A stretch of 64,000 nt of DNA, from assembly GCA_002633005.1 (NCBI GenBank), contig NMRA01000445.1:311816-375815 (forward strand). Direction: 5' to 3'. Below are positions 39,201 through 50,200 of this stretch, piece after piece. Both the position numbers and the translations under genes were made by a program. The stretch's first letter is position 1; every line of letters starts with the position of its first letter. The notes under the pieces were generated by a model. That model worked only from the letters and a program-made list of their open reading frames with translations. It searched no databases and had not been told where the DNA came from. This DNA comes from Phoronis australis. Taxonomy: Eukaryota; Animalia; Phoronida.

Positions 39201-42200
39201 TTCAGTGACAGAGAATTTTGTAGTCTAATGTATAGAACTTAAGTGTTTACTCTCGGTTGCTGGTTATAAGTAAAATTCTGCACCAAATGTGTAACTTCCT
39301 AGATATTCAAAATTCCAATCAATTCATTATGTCTTATGCCCATCTGTGCAGGCCAGCCCCACCCAGTCGCAGATGGAGAGCAAGCACGTTCTTGTTCCAT
39401 CAGCCGCAGTAAGTCAAAACTTTTAAAGTGTTTTCAAAAAAGATACAGTCTAGCATAGCGGTCGGAATCTTTTGGTTGATCTAGTTTGTTGTGCAAGACA
39501 GACTGAGGGGGAAAGCAAAAGCTTTTTAACATTTTGCTTCTAATATTCAAACAGTGCATTTACAAGGAGAAATGTCACAAAATATACCTAATTTTCACAG
39601 GTTTATTACATATACTTATGAGTACTACAATGTTGAAAAATTAATTGCTGATAAAAACTTTGTATATCACAGCTTCTCTGCGAAATTGGAAAATTTCATG
39701 GTTCACGTTAACTCCATGTAGAAGTTGTTTACTTTATACGAGTTACGAGAATGGTCTCTCCTGACGTGTGCACGCGTGAATGAATGGTGTACTTATTTGT
39801 TTGTTTGCTTTTGTACTGTTTTATAAATGATAATAAATTCTAAAAAAATCTTTTATTCACGGGACCTTGAATCATTGGACAAATCCAATCAATGTTTAGT
39901 TAGTAGTGGGCATCTTACCATTGATCTCCATTGTGTGTATAAATAGGTTTTTCAGTGAGGCGTGGAAATATATTGCAAACTTTTCGTGTTTGGCAAGTGG
40001 TCCCAATGCCTCAATGGCTAGAGCGTCTGCCGGTTAAGCAGAAGGTCCTGAGGTTGAGTACCGGTCAGGGGAAGAATCTTTTAGGACATTAGGTCACGTG
40101 ATGTGACTAAAAAGATACGGCGTGATGACGGGACAAAACATTTGCAATAAATTTCCACGACTCATTGGAAAAAAACATATTTATTCACAGTAGTAAAATA
40201 TTTGTTGACAGGACAAAAATGTATTTGGGATGTTTTTGGGATTTTTTTCTGCCTTAAATATGAGTAAAGAGGCACTGCCATTGTTACAGACAGACGGCCA
40301 TAAATCCGAGGAAGAATTTATAACTTCGATGAGAGAGGTCCACGAAACTGACAGTGATTCCAGCTGTAAGTGTCACAGCAGTTTTCTATAATAGTTTCTC
40401 AAACTGAATATTTACCATACTCGACCATTTCACTGCATTGTATGCTTTAAAGTGACATTATCGGTGAGAGAAGTAATCTTGCGAGCTTAGTCCCAGTGTG
40501 GATTCAAAGTTGGAACTTTCACAGTTTCCACTCGGTAAATTGCTGAGTATTTAACCATTTTAAGAACTGTTGATAAAATCAACGACCTTGATTTCAGCAA
40601 ATGTCTGTCAGACAATGGCGAGAATTGTTGACTTGTTATAACATCACAAAAACAAAGTATTTTATTGCTGTATAGATCTAGTCAAATCTTATCACTTCAA
40701 AACTCTATCTTATGCAATAATAATCTCAAAATCTGTTTATAGTTGCAAAAATGACGATGTTCCTTTAAAGCATCAAAATAATGTTCAAGTAGCGCACAGT
40801 TCCAGAATGCATTAAAACGGGGAAGTGCTAGTGCCTCCTGGGTAGATAGCGAGGTAACAAGAAAGTGCTTTCTGCAGTCTCGTTTCCCATTCTGCTGCAT
40901 GATGGCGCTTGAGCTGTCAGTGACATGTTTGGATGTGTAGAAGTCATGTAAAACATTCTCGCAAAATAACTTGTGCCGCCTGACGCTTTTGCAAAACTTT
41001 TGCGCGTACGTATCAAGGTGTAAGGTTTATAACAGTGGAATACTGCAACTTAAGTCGTTGATTAACGTAATTTTTTAATTACACCATGCTTCGATAGATG
41101 CATCCACCAGTTTTAAGCTTTTTATAAAATGTCTACTCCAAACATTCTTTTTGCTGTTTGTTCTGTGAGACCAGTTATGATGAGACTGCTATTATTCGAT
41201 TGCCACAAGCTTCTTTTGCAAATTCTATATTTTTGGTATGGCATCCATGGCTCTTGTGTTCAACAAGTATTTCTGCCTGAAAAGATCGCCATTAATTCTC
41301 TATATACCTTTCAACTGGAAATCACAACTTTTTGAGCCTGGTCTGCATGCCACCTGTTGGCCACATGAAAGATTTATATTTGAACTGGAGAATTTACAAA
41401 GAATCTACCAGAAATGTGATTTGGCAAGACTTGATCCCAATGAGAATACAGTATTTTTCATGATTATTCCCCCCTCAATTTTCTGATTGAAAGTTTTGGC
41501 TGCAGGGTCTCGTCAAGTGACACAGCTCCTAATAACTGTTGCTCTCCTCATAATGGCTACATACACTGTACATGTATATCCTAAGGCTTTGATCACGTGT
41601 GATATTGTCTATTTAACAGGAGGAATTTGGTGAGTGTGACTTGTGGTTAATTTCCTGTTAATTGTTTTAAAACCAGGTCGATCCACGACCCCCTCGTCAC
41701 ATGACCCCTCTACTCACGACGTACGACCCCTCGACCCAAGCTCGACTTAATTTGAACATAGAACAAGCGCTGACTTGCAGGACCAACGAGTTGGGCGATG
41801 AGCTCGGCTGGCTTAATTTTCCTGATTTTTTGCAATTAAGAGTCGATTCGGCAAGTTTGAAAGCCAAAAACAAATCAAATCAAAAACCTACCAATGTAAC
41901 AAATGTTGTTCCCGTCAGAGTGTAATCGTTTCGTCTGCTCTTCAATGGATGGCAGATGCAACCTTTTAGCGGAGAGTGTGAGGAACCGACAAAACCGTAA
42001 CTTCATCGCAGTGTGAAAAAACAAACTGTTAACCAAAAAATTTCAATGTTATAAGGAGTATATTGTAAACAAGTATACAGCAGAAAGCAAATATTAAAAT
42101 GTGAAATTATGTACATTCATGTTAACGTACTCTCTCCCTATGTTTAGCAGAATTGGGCCATTGGTAGCCGCTCGAGGAACTATTTCCATAACGATAGCAT

Positions 42201-45200
42201 GCTCACAGTCCTCTCTTTCAGATCACGTTCTCACGCCACTTTCTGTTTTTAATCACCAAAGTTGAGCGGTAAAGAAGACATACTATCTAAATAATAAATT
42301 TGCATGCTTCAAGTCTGTATAACGAACGAGCTCATTTAGCTTATTGGTATAACTATCTGTCCATCACTCTTGCAGCACAGCAGGGCTTTCAGGAAAGTCT
42401 TCGCCCACCCAGAGCCCCTCTGCCGTCTAGTAGTAGGTTTAACGATGACAAGAAAGTGGAAATCCATGTCCTCAATATTCCCAAAGAAACTGACAGCAAT
42501 CGTGAGGAGGTACGCCAACAAACGGAAATGTTGGCTGAAGCTGCTGTGGATATCGAAAGTGACGATTACGATGTCTATAACCCGATGACAAGTACTCCGA
42601 AGTCCAAACACCTTTCCCAGAATACACTTCATAAAAATCAAAGAGTTCATGCAAAGAAATCAATATATGATGGAACAGCTGGCAAGAAGGTCAGAAAAGA
42701 ATGTTACAAGAGTGCATCGAGAACTGAAGACGACAAAGAACAAGAAGTGAATGTGACACTTGCATCACTTAAAATAACTGAGAAGGAAATGGAGTCACAA
42801 GGGAAGTCTGTGGTAAAAAAAGAACATCGAAGAAGAGACCTATCGAACAAAGGTGCAGCTTCGGACTGTGATGAGGGACTTAAACCTGCTGTGCCACCCT
42901 CACCTCCCCCCACTGCTGTGCCACCCTCACCTCCTCCCACTGCTGTGCCTCCCTCACCTCCCCCCAATTCCCAGCTTGGTACTTATGAGGAACCATTCAG
43001 TCATGGTACGACTTCACGTGCTGAAGATGAGAATGAGGGTATGTGTCGCAGTATGGTTTTGGTGGAAACAAAACGATTAGTAATAATCCTGTGTTCAATA
43101 CTCTATGTTCACTCCATGTTCTACACTCCATGTTCAATACTCCGTGTTTGGTACTTCGTGTTCGATACTTCATGTTCAATACGCCACGTTCACTTCTCCG
43201 TGTTCAATATTCCACGTTCTATACTCCGTGTTCAATACTCAGTGTTATATAGTCCATGTTCAATACTCTATGTTCAATACTCAAAATTCAATACTCCGTG
43301 TTCAATACTCAATATTCAATACTTCGTGTTCAATACTCCGTATTCAATCCTTCAGTTTGACTGCTTCATATTTAATGTTCGATGTTCAATACTCCGCATG
43401 ATCTAGTACTCCATGTACAATACTCTGTGTTCAATAATCAATATTCAATGCCCCGAGTTCAATACTCCGTATTCAAACCTTCATTTTGACTACTTCATGT
43501 TTAATGTTTCATGTTCAATACTCCGCATTCACTATTCCGTGTTGAATACACCAATAGCATGGCTTGTTGACAAACTTCTACTTAATCGGAGGACTTAATC
43601 TTATGCAATGACCAAACACCCACTTGAAGCCAAGATGAAATTGTTTGGCGGTGATTAAGACTTAGATTCTACATATAGTCTTGGAAAGGAAATCAATAGC
43701 AGTAAATGTGCGAGGACACCCCATAAATCCAGTCCTATGAATGATTATTTTCACTAGCAGTCTTTGATGGTAACGTGAGAGAGTGACAATATTGAAAGCG
43801 ATCATAATGTTGTTGTGGTGAAACACTACAGCGACTCATTATTCAAAGTCACTGAAATTGGTAACTGGAAAAATTGAAAAATCCTGTCAGTAATGTTTAC
43901 TCTTTAAGGGAAAAGCAGCTCCATGACATAGGTGAAGTATGCGTCTTAGTTTATCACTTATCTGTGCTTCTGGTGATGTTCATTTGTTTCTATCTTTAAC
44001 AGATCCACCGTATGCTTCAATACCAGATGTTCAGAATGGCCTTAATCACAAGGAGAGTACCAATGTGCCCCCTTCGTTACCTCAAACAAATTCACAGCTG
44101 TCTCGACGTGAAAAGTGAGTATTGAATATGCCTAGGTCTGGGGTTTAATCTTCGTACTCTTCAAAATGAAACTAGAAGTCACTTTAGACATTTTGCATTC
44201 TACTTTTGTGTGAACCCAGTGTAACTGTCTATTAATCTGTGCACATCATGGCTTATGGAGATGGAGGAAATGACCCTATTATTGCTTATAGGTCATTGTA
44301 ATGTCATCATATAATATAGCTATTGCTGTAACACAGCAATCATGATATTAGCCACTATCAACTGACTACACAGTGGGTGTCGAGTTTTGTAGGACTCTTA
44401 GAAAATGCTTTTGGTGAGTAGTTTGGGAGGGCAATTTTGTTTTTGGTGTTTTTTCACTTATGTTTTCAAAATCTGAAAAGCTTCCACTTATGAATTTGCA
44501 CGTTATTTCAGAAATTTGAGTTTAAATTCGCCCTTATAAGCGCCCATGCCCCTATAAACGCTCCCCACGCGTTTTGGTTCAGACTTTGCTAAAATAAGCG
44601 TCCAGTCCATGAACATGAGAAAAATGACTTACCTACAGGTCTAAAATTCTGCAGTAACATCTTCAATTTATCAATAAGATCCGACAGTCATGAAAAATCA
44701 TTGTGCGCGTTATTTGTAGACCACGAGCCTCGCCGCTATGTCGGTATTTAGCTGTGACCATATACACTTCAAACTTCCGCCGTGCTTCAAAAAGAACGCA
44801 AAAATTTGCTGATCTTTCGACGAATGTATCCTATTATGATTTAGCCTTTCAGGACAGACGCAGCGTACTTGTCAACAGGATTGTAGTGTATACATAGGCG
44901 GATTTAGGGAGGGGGCCCAGGGAGCCTGTCCCCCCCCCTTGGCTGCCGCAAGCAAAATGAAACAGCAACAGCGTGAAGCGTGAGGAAATATTGAGTTCAG
45001 CAACTAGGGCCGGTAGCGGAAAAGGGAGGGGGTGGGGGCTCAGACCTTAGATCGCGGCGGAACGGAATCGCGTACTTAGTTCACCGATAGATTTTCCAAA
45101 TATTCCGTCATTCCGGCCGCCGCAACCTTCCGCCTGTGTTGCACGTACAATTGCAATTCCCCGAGGCAGAATGTTGCCTCCCCCCTTAATGGTATCCTAG

Positions 45201-47270
45201 ATCCGCCACTGTATCTTTCCTGTACAGATCTTCTCCCTCAACAGGAATCCAAATTTCATTGTATACGTGAAAGCCGTGAATCGAAGAGTAATAAAAACTT
45301 GACCTCTGTTAAAAGCACGTGGCCAAGAAGCAAGCGCTACCTGTCACCGAAGATTAGTCTTCGGGAACTATCTATCCATGAAACGGGTAGCATAGCATCG
45401 GCAATAAATAAATACTGGCACTTATTTCCGAACATTTCTAATACCGTAAAAAATGTTTGTGTTATTTTTAGCAAGAATTATGAAATTAATCGTAACTGGT
45501 GTTTATAAAGTCAAAATGACCCACTGATAGTGAACACTTCCGCACCCTTACACCCCTCGGATCTCCCAAAAAATAAGTGTTAGACTGTCACGCATCCAGT
45601 AACCCGGCGACTCAAATATCGGCCTTACCGAGACAATTCTCGAACGTTTTTAGCAGATGAGATCAACTTAACAAATGCTAAGTAAAACACGTTCTGCTTT
45701 ACTACTTGTATTAATTTCTTTAGTTGCACACCTAGATCGTTACATTGCGTTTACTCTGGCAAATGAACTCTGATGACACGCGCACGCTCGCTCACTCACA
45801 CACGCAGACGAACTTTAAAACAAGGATCACGTGACAACAACATGTGTGTTCGTCCAGAGATTTTTCTCATGTTGCTAAGTACGATCTAGCGCAGATTTGG
45901 ACTTAACACATGCGCGCACCCGGGAGGGGGGGGCTCGGGGGGCTCGAATGAGTCCCCCATTGTGCGAAGTGGGCAAAAAGGTCCGCCTGCGAGAAACAAA
46001 AAGTCCGAGGCAAAAGTCCACTAAAGAAACACAAACGCGCAATTCACAGTGGTGCGCCCGTGTTTTTTTATTTTTTTTAGTCCGCCCCGGCTATTTTGTT
46101 ACCAAAAGGTCCACAACCTTAGGAATTTGAGCCCCCCATATTGAATGTAACACGCAGTTAATCCCGACTCCACAGGAACTTAAAAGGGTTAGGGACGTTA
46201 TTTGGAAAACTTAAGGAGGACTTTGGGTAATTTGTTGAGTCGAAACTATATTTTTACTCAAGAATTGAAGTTGACCTGTCAGCGATCGCGATCGGGTAGC
46301 GACGCATCGGGTAGCGACGCATCAGTCGGCGAGTTTTCGAAATGGGATTTTCTGAAATAAATCGTAATTTAACAACAAAGTTTGATAGCAATGCACTGTA
46401 ATTTTATAGAAACTCTGTCATAGGTTACAGATGCATCACAGAGCGTAAATTTGATGAATTCTAGCTTACGATTTCACCTATTTCGGAGACCGGGTTTCAA
46501 TCACTTGGCTAAAATAAGCGCCCTCTTCCGTGGTGTTGTGGTTAAGGTGCTGGACTCGAATTATCTGTAGTTTCAGAAATTGTGGGTTCAAATCCTGCCT
46601 CGGACAAAAAATCACACCATGAGTGTACCACATATCCGTGCTCGTTCTTCTAAGAACGCGGGAACACCTGACGATGACCAGAGAATAGACCGACCGAAAC
46701 GTCGTGACAGTGTAGACAAGAGGTCGGCGTAAATAGACCAAGAGATTTTAATAATAGTTGTAACACGCCACCACCTCAGAGCGGTTTTAGAAAGTCATAA
46801 CTTGAACATGTTAGAGCATTTTATTTTGTGCTGTATTGCATATTTGAAAATATCAAATAAAATTTCAGCCGTCGGCCATATTGTGTCCTCCCTTGCACTG
46901 CAACGCCTTAAAGAATATTGTACCTCATATTTCATCTGTCTTACTGAACTGCTTGTCTTTCTTATTAATAAGTGCTTTCATTTTTGTGAAGTCCATATGC
47001 CAAAAACAAGCTTTTAATGCGCCTTTCAAATGTCTCGGGCTAAGCTTGCAGCCATGATGCAGGTAATGATTATAACCTCATGTGGAAGCCCAAGTAGATT
47101 TCTTACCCGAGCTTAACCTGGGTTGCTTGCTTGTTCATGAGCCTATAAAGCTTTTTGTGATGATAGCATATAAAGAAAGCGTGTTATATATCGCTTGTTT
47201 GTTTATTTGCAGTCAAACCAGGGTTACCCCGGCCGGGTGCAACGTATCAAGGATTTGCATAATATTGTAA
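24235..47270 (+). CDS. TTC24: TTC24-like tetratricopeptide repeat protein, multi-exon; start codon not resolved
   Basis: Phase-consistent GT-AG exons: 24235-24281, 24382-25058, 26300-26515, a duplicated module (27903-32392 and 35224-40365), 42376-43038, 44003-44114 and 47213-47270. Motifs RACSLNVGAIYV, GDLYYNFG, LQNLGAVYN, YLHALQAAKDTG, QWQALEGL and ER..GKL match my recollection of TTC24. Confidence 0.85.
24382..25058 (+). CDS. TTC24: TTC24-like large TPR exon
   Basis: TTTTCCAG acceptor, 677-nt open frame (phase 2 to 1) containing IEKYARVGSQEL...RACSLNVGAIYVALG...YYEKAAEEY, GTAATT donor. Confidence 0.88.
26300..26515 (+). CDS. TTC24: TTC24-like TPR exon
   Basis: CATGCAG acceptor, KVFNRLGLVY...LQNLGAVYNILGDY...HEDAVELH, GTGAG donor; 216 nt, phase 1-1. 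Confidence 0.88.
26807..26961. mobile_element. hAT-type MITE, present only in copy A
   Basis: TIRs CAGTGCTGTAGTGG / CCACTACAGCATTG, 8-bp TSD CACATGTG; empty site (CACAAGTG) in copy B near 34320. Confidence 0.85.
27185..27321. mobile_element. Small MITE (second copy at 34524-34643)
   Basis: TIRs CATGGGTGGCGCA / TGCGCCGCCCATG with internal GGGGGCTATAGCC repeats. Present in both duplicate copies. Confidence 0.7.
28602..30098. mobile_element. Foldback-like non-autonomous DNA transposon (CMC/EnSpm-like) with AACCATGGTT subterminal arrays
   Basis: TIR CCCCTGCGAAATGT / ACATTTCGCAGGGG and 2-bp TSD TA. Empty site GAATTAAGGCC in copy B near 38020. Palindrome arrays at 28620-29150 and 29720-30080. Confidence 0.88.
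32478..32801. mobile_element. TTAA-targeting MITE (Kolobok-like); copies at 40451-40764 and, inverted, at 49460-49792
   Basis: TTAA on both flanks, termini AGTGACATTATC ... GATGTTCCT, shared internal TGTGGATTCAAA..GGAACT. Confidence 0.7.
35224..35352 (+). CDS. TTC24: TTC24-like TPR exon, copy B (paralogous exon 27903-28031)
   Basis: QIRNHSGQGQCFMNLAFAFTQLQDYTSAGDAYLHALQAAKDT; TTTCAG acceptor and GTAGG donor. Confidence 0.85.
35657..37740 (+). mobile_element. Degenerate L2/Crack-type LINE insertion, present only in copy B
   Basis: FMDLSKAFHTIDH, YVNDL, YGDDT, LNAWLIANK and LLLIYKALILP...LHVLQKRAVR with frameshifts. Copy A has the empty site TTTCAAGCGGCTCC near 28330. Confidence 0.85.
38297..38490 (+). 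CDS. TTC24: TTC24-like last TPR exon, copy B
   Basis: TCCCAG acceptor, DKVCQWQALEGLAGVAC...YYKHALSIL...KLIDVLKNQVEQ, GTATGT donor. Confidence 0.85.
42376..43038 (+). CDS. TTC24: TTC24-like low-complexity C-terminal exon with three 27-bp Pro-rich repeats (AVPPSPPP)
   Basis: TTGCAG acceptor and GTATGT donor, 663 nt, phase 1-1, charged and probably disordered sequence. Confidence 0.75.
43090..43550. repeat. Degenerate ~14-bp minisatellite (TGTTCAATACTCCG)n
   Basis: Directly visible tandem units. Confidence 0.85.
44003..44114 (+). CDS. TTC24: TTC24-like penultimate exon
   Basis: TTTAACAG acceptor and GTGAGT donor; open frame PPYASIPDVQNGL...SRRE, phase 1-2. Confidence 0.7.
44893..45211. mobile_element. 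MITE of the same family as 10765-11672, opposite orientation
   Basis: CATAGGCGGATTTAGG ... CCTAGATCCGCCACTG; shared GGCTGCCGCAA subterminal segment; TA on both flanks. Confidence 0.8.
45909..46147. mobile_element. GC-rich MITE remnant with 5-bp TSD
   Basis: Starts CATGCGCGCACCCGGG, contains GGGGGGCTC/GAGCCCCC repeats, flanked by TAACA on both sides. Confidence 0.55.
46520..46745 (+). mobile_element. tRNA-derived SINE-like element with a hammerhead-like motif
   Basis: A box TGGTGTTGTGG (46531), B box GGTTCAAATCC (46585), then CAC-CTGACGA...GAAACGTC-GTG (46665-46706). Confidence 0.55.
47213..47270 (+). CDS. TTC24: TTC24-like terminal exon ending in CaaX (CIIL-stop)
   Basis: TTTATTTGCAG acceptor; the phase-2 join to 44114 gives QTRVTPAGCNVSRICIIL*. 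Confidence 0.7.
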
Positions 47271-50200
47271 TCTGCATTTGGGACAACAGGTGGCCATTTG
47301 TAAAATGAGATATGAGTAGGTCATTTATACAATCAGGCTTTATTGGTGATTATCTTACGCATCTTCGTTTGAACATTATGCTTTACTGGAGCTTGTATTA
47401 CTGTTAGTTTTTTAGTTGTTGGCAGAAAAATAATTCACAGAATATACAATTTTGTATTTTTCAAAGCTGACTACTGCATACACATAGTAAAACGTAATAA
47501 GTGTTGTTAATTGACAGCCGTACAATACAAACTGATACTATTGTGATGGGACAGGTTGTTTCCTTCCTTTGCCTATATGGAATTGAGCGTTATCATTACG
47601 TGTAACTGAAATGAAATGTATGCGTGTCGGACGAGGTGAAATACACACTTTTGGTGTTCACTGGAGACTTGCTCTGTTACGCTATGCAAATAGAATTTTC
47701 TTGATGCCCTCGAGACTTTTGTTGAGAATTTTCATAAAGTAATGAAATTCTTATTTTCGCCATATGATTTGGCACTACGCATGTGAGCAGGCTTAATGTT
47801 GAGTGAATGAGTTAGTTAATCTCTCAATGTACATGCAACTGCATCAGGTGGGTGTTCTTGTCCTACCCTGCCATACCTAAGGCAGATTTAAGGGCTCCAG
47901 GGAATCGCCCTCCGAATGGAGACAACCCAAATAAGAAAAACACATTTGGGTGCAGATTTTGTAGCTAATGTGGTGAACTTTTTCTTCAAAAACTGTGTTT
48001 GAGCACTCCCCCTCTTATGGTATCTTATTTTTGCCTATGATACCTTCTCCAGTTAGACGAAATGTGCTACAGAGTATTTACACAACTTACCCTATGGCAG
48101 TTTTACAGTGAGTGGTACATGGTCGCAAGACTTCGTGAGATATCGCAAACCGCGTAAATAAATTAGTTTTCTTGCGTTTATGATATTGTGTCTGTGTCTG
48201 CTTTTCTTAATTGTTCATTTTCTGCTCGATTTTTGTCTGATTGTTGCACAAACATCGCACATAGACTGGTTCCCACATCGTCTGCTTATCTTTGTGAACA
48301 TCTAGTGACGCATGATTCGGCAGAGTTTAATTTTCAGGGAGCCAGTGGCGTCAGTAGCAATACCAAGTACACAAATCGTTTAAAAATCATGAACGATTAC
48401 TCCATGGGTCATTTCATGGTTTCACTCTCACATTAAGTGCTTATACGGTCATCATTTGATTGAAACGGTTACACTTCTCATTTTCATGGAAAATATCGCA
48501 TGAAAAAAACGTGAGGAAGAAACGTATATGATGGGCAGGACAAATTCATCACAAAGGGATAAAAATTCGGTGTTGCTGGAAGGGAAAAGGGAGCCCAGAG
48601 AACTTTTCCATAATCGGATTCCTTTTTTAGTTAAATTTCCTGCAGAAGGCTTTACTTTTTTTCTACTGGGGGTTTCACATTTCACTTAAACATACTCTTA
48701 CACCCAGCCGACTGGTCAAGACTACAAGGCTATTCTGTACTCGACTGGGTTAACACCAATGTTTGCTCATATCCGATATTTCCGAATGCCAAATTTAAAT
48801 GCCTAGGCGCCACCACCAGGCTTTTATCAAGAGGGTGTCCAAATGGACAATCCAACTCACATTTAGACACCCTAGCTAGGGATGCCCTGTTCAGCATATG
48901 GACACTTCATTTACAAACAGCAGCTGAAGGAGCTCATTGGCCTTTCCAGAATAAAAATAAGTTAAGATATATGATGTGATAAACTTTATTACAGACCCAT
49001 GTCTCCATACTAGCATATCTTAGTAAAACTGCAATTTGACTGAAAGAAACCCAGTCACATGTCATTCATACATGCCCTGAGAAATTTGGAAACCAGTTTG
49101 AATGCACTATTTTTAAAATCCTAGATGAACCCCTGTCATCTACACCCAATTTATACAACTGAGACCTCCTTAACAGTGGCATTGTGATTGTGGACGCAGG
49201 TCTCACGTCTAAATGGAAATTTAGCATCAAAATGTACTAGCACCCTATTTTTTGGGAAACTGACATTCAAGTTTCATTGGTGCCTTGTCATATTTGTGCC
49301 GAGAAAAAAATTTATTTAAGGACACGAAATGGTTCTTTTGGTTCATGCACATTCCGACATCATTGTATTTGTGTGAAAAAAATGTTGAAGACATTTCCAT
49401 GATAGAATCGACCATTCAGGTAAAAGCCAATCCCACCTTCTCAAACATTTCATTTTTAAAGGAACAGTATCATTTTTACAGGCCAAAAACACTCTTTTTG
49501 GAAAAAATGCTAGCTAAGATAGACCTGTTAAGCTATTAGCTTTGACCACTGCCAAAAAGAATGGAATCCCTTGTGCTTGTATGGTTTTTTACAAGGCGCC
49601 AATTCTCAGAGATGTCTCACCAAACATTTGCCTGAAATCAAGTGTGTTGAATTTACCACACTTAAAACACTCTGTCATTCATCGACTGCCATTCATCTCC
49701 TCACAGAGCATCTGCCGGGATCGCGTAGTTCCAGTTTGAATCCACACTGGGGCATCTTCAGAAAAGTCACCTTTCTCACCGGTAATGTCACTTTAAACGC
49801 CCAATGCACAGCTTCACACCTATCCCCCAAATTTTGAAGTCCCTGATTTTAGCGCTCTTTACGTAAACCCAGCGAATACAGTGTATCTTAGTAACAGCAC
49901 ATGTCCACTAGCTAAACACAAAAACGAGATTCACGCATCCAGCTAGGAGTGGTATGGGAATCCATTATGTGACAATATCGACACTGACATGGTGGACTCC
50001 CAGTTGACTCATCCACACATTAATCTGTTTCCAATTGCATAGTCGACTTGGTCACGTTTATTGAGGGTGCAGAATTCTGTTGATATCCTGGAACAAAGAC
50101 GCAAAGTTGTCCAGAATAAATGACAGACCCCCTTCACATCACACAGGTTACTTGTAAAACTGCTTGAATTCCTCTTCATTCTTTTGAAACCACACAATAG

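Larger units (their letters stand above)
34096..42032 (+). repeat. Copy B of the intragenic tandem duplication (exons 35224-35352, 38297-38490, 39352-39408, 40290-40365)
   Basis: All four exons have intact AG/GT sites and open frames, and join in phase to 26515 upstream and 42376 downstream. Confidence 0.92.

Noticed and set aside
42300-43406. 368-aa ORF as a standalone gene
   Set aside because: Only 42376-43038 is a splice-bounded exon; the Cys/Tyr-rich tail is read-through into a minisatellite.
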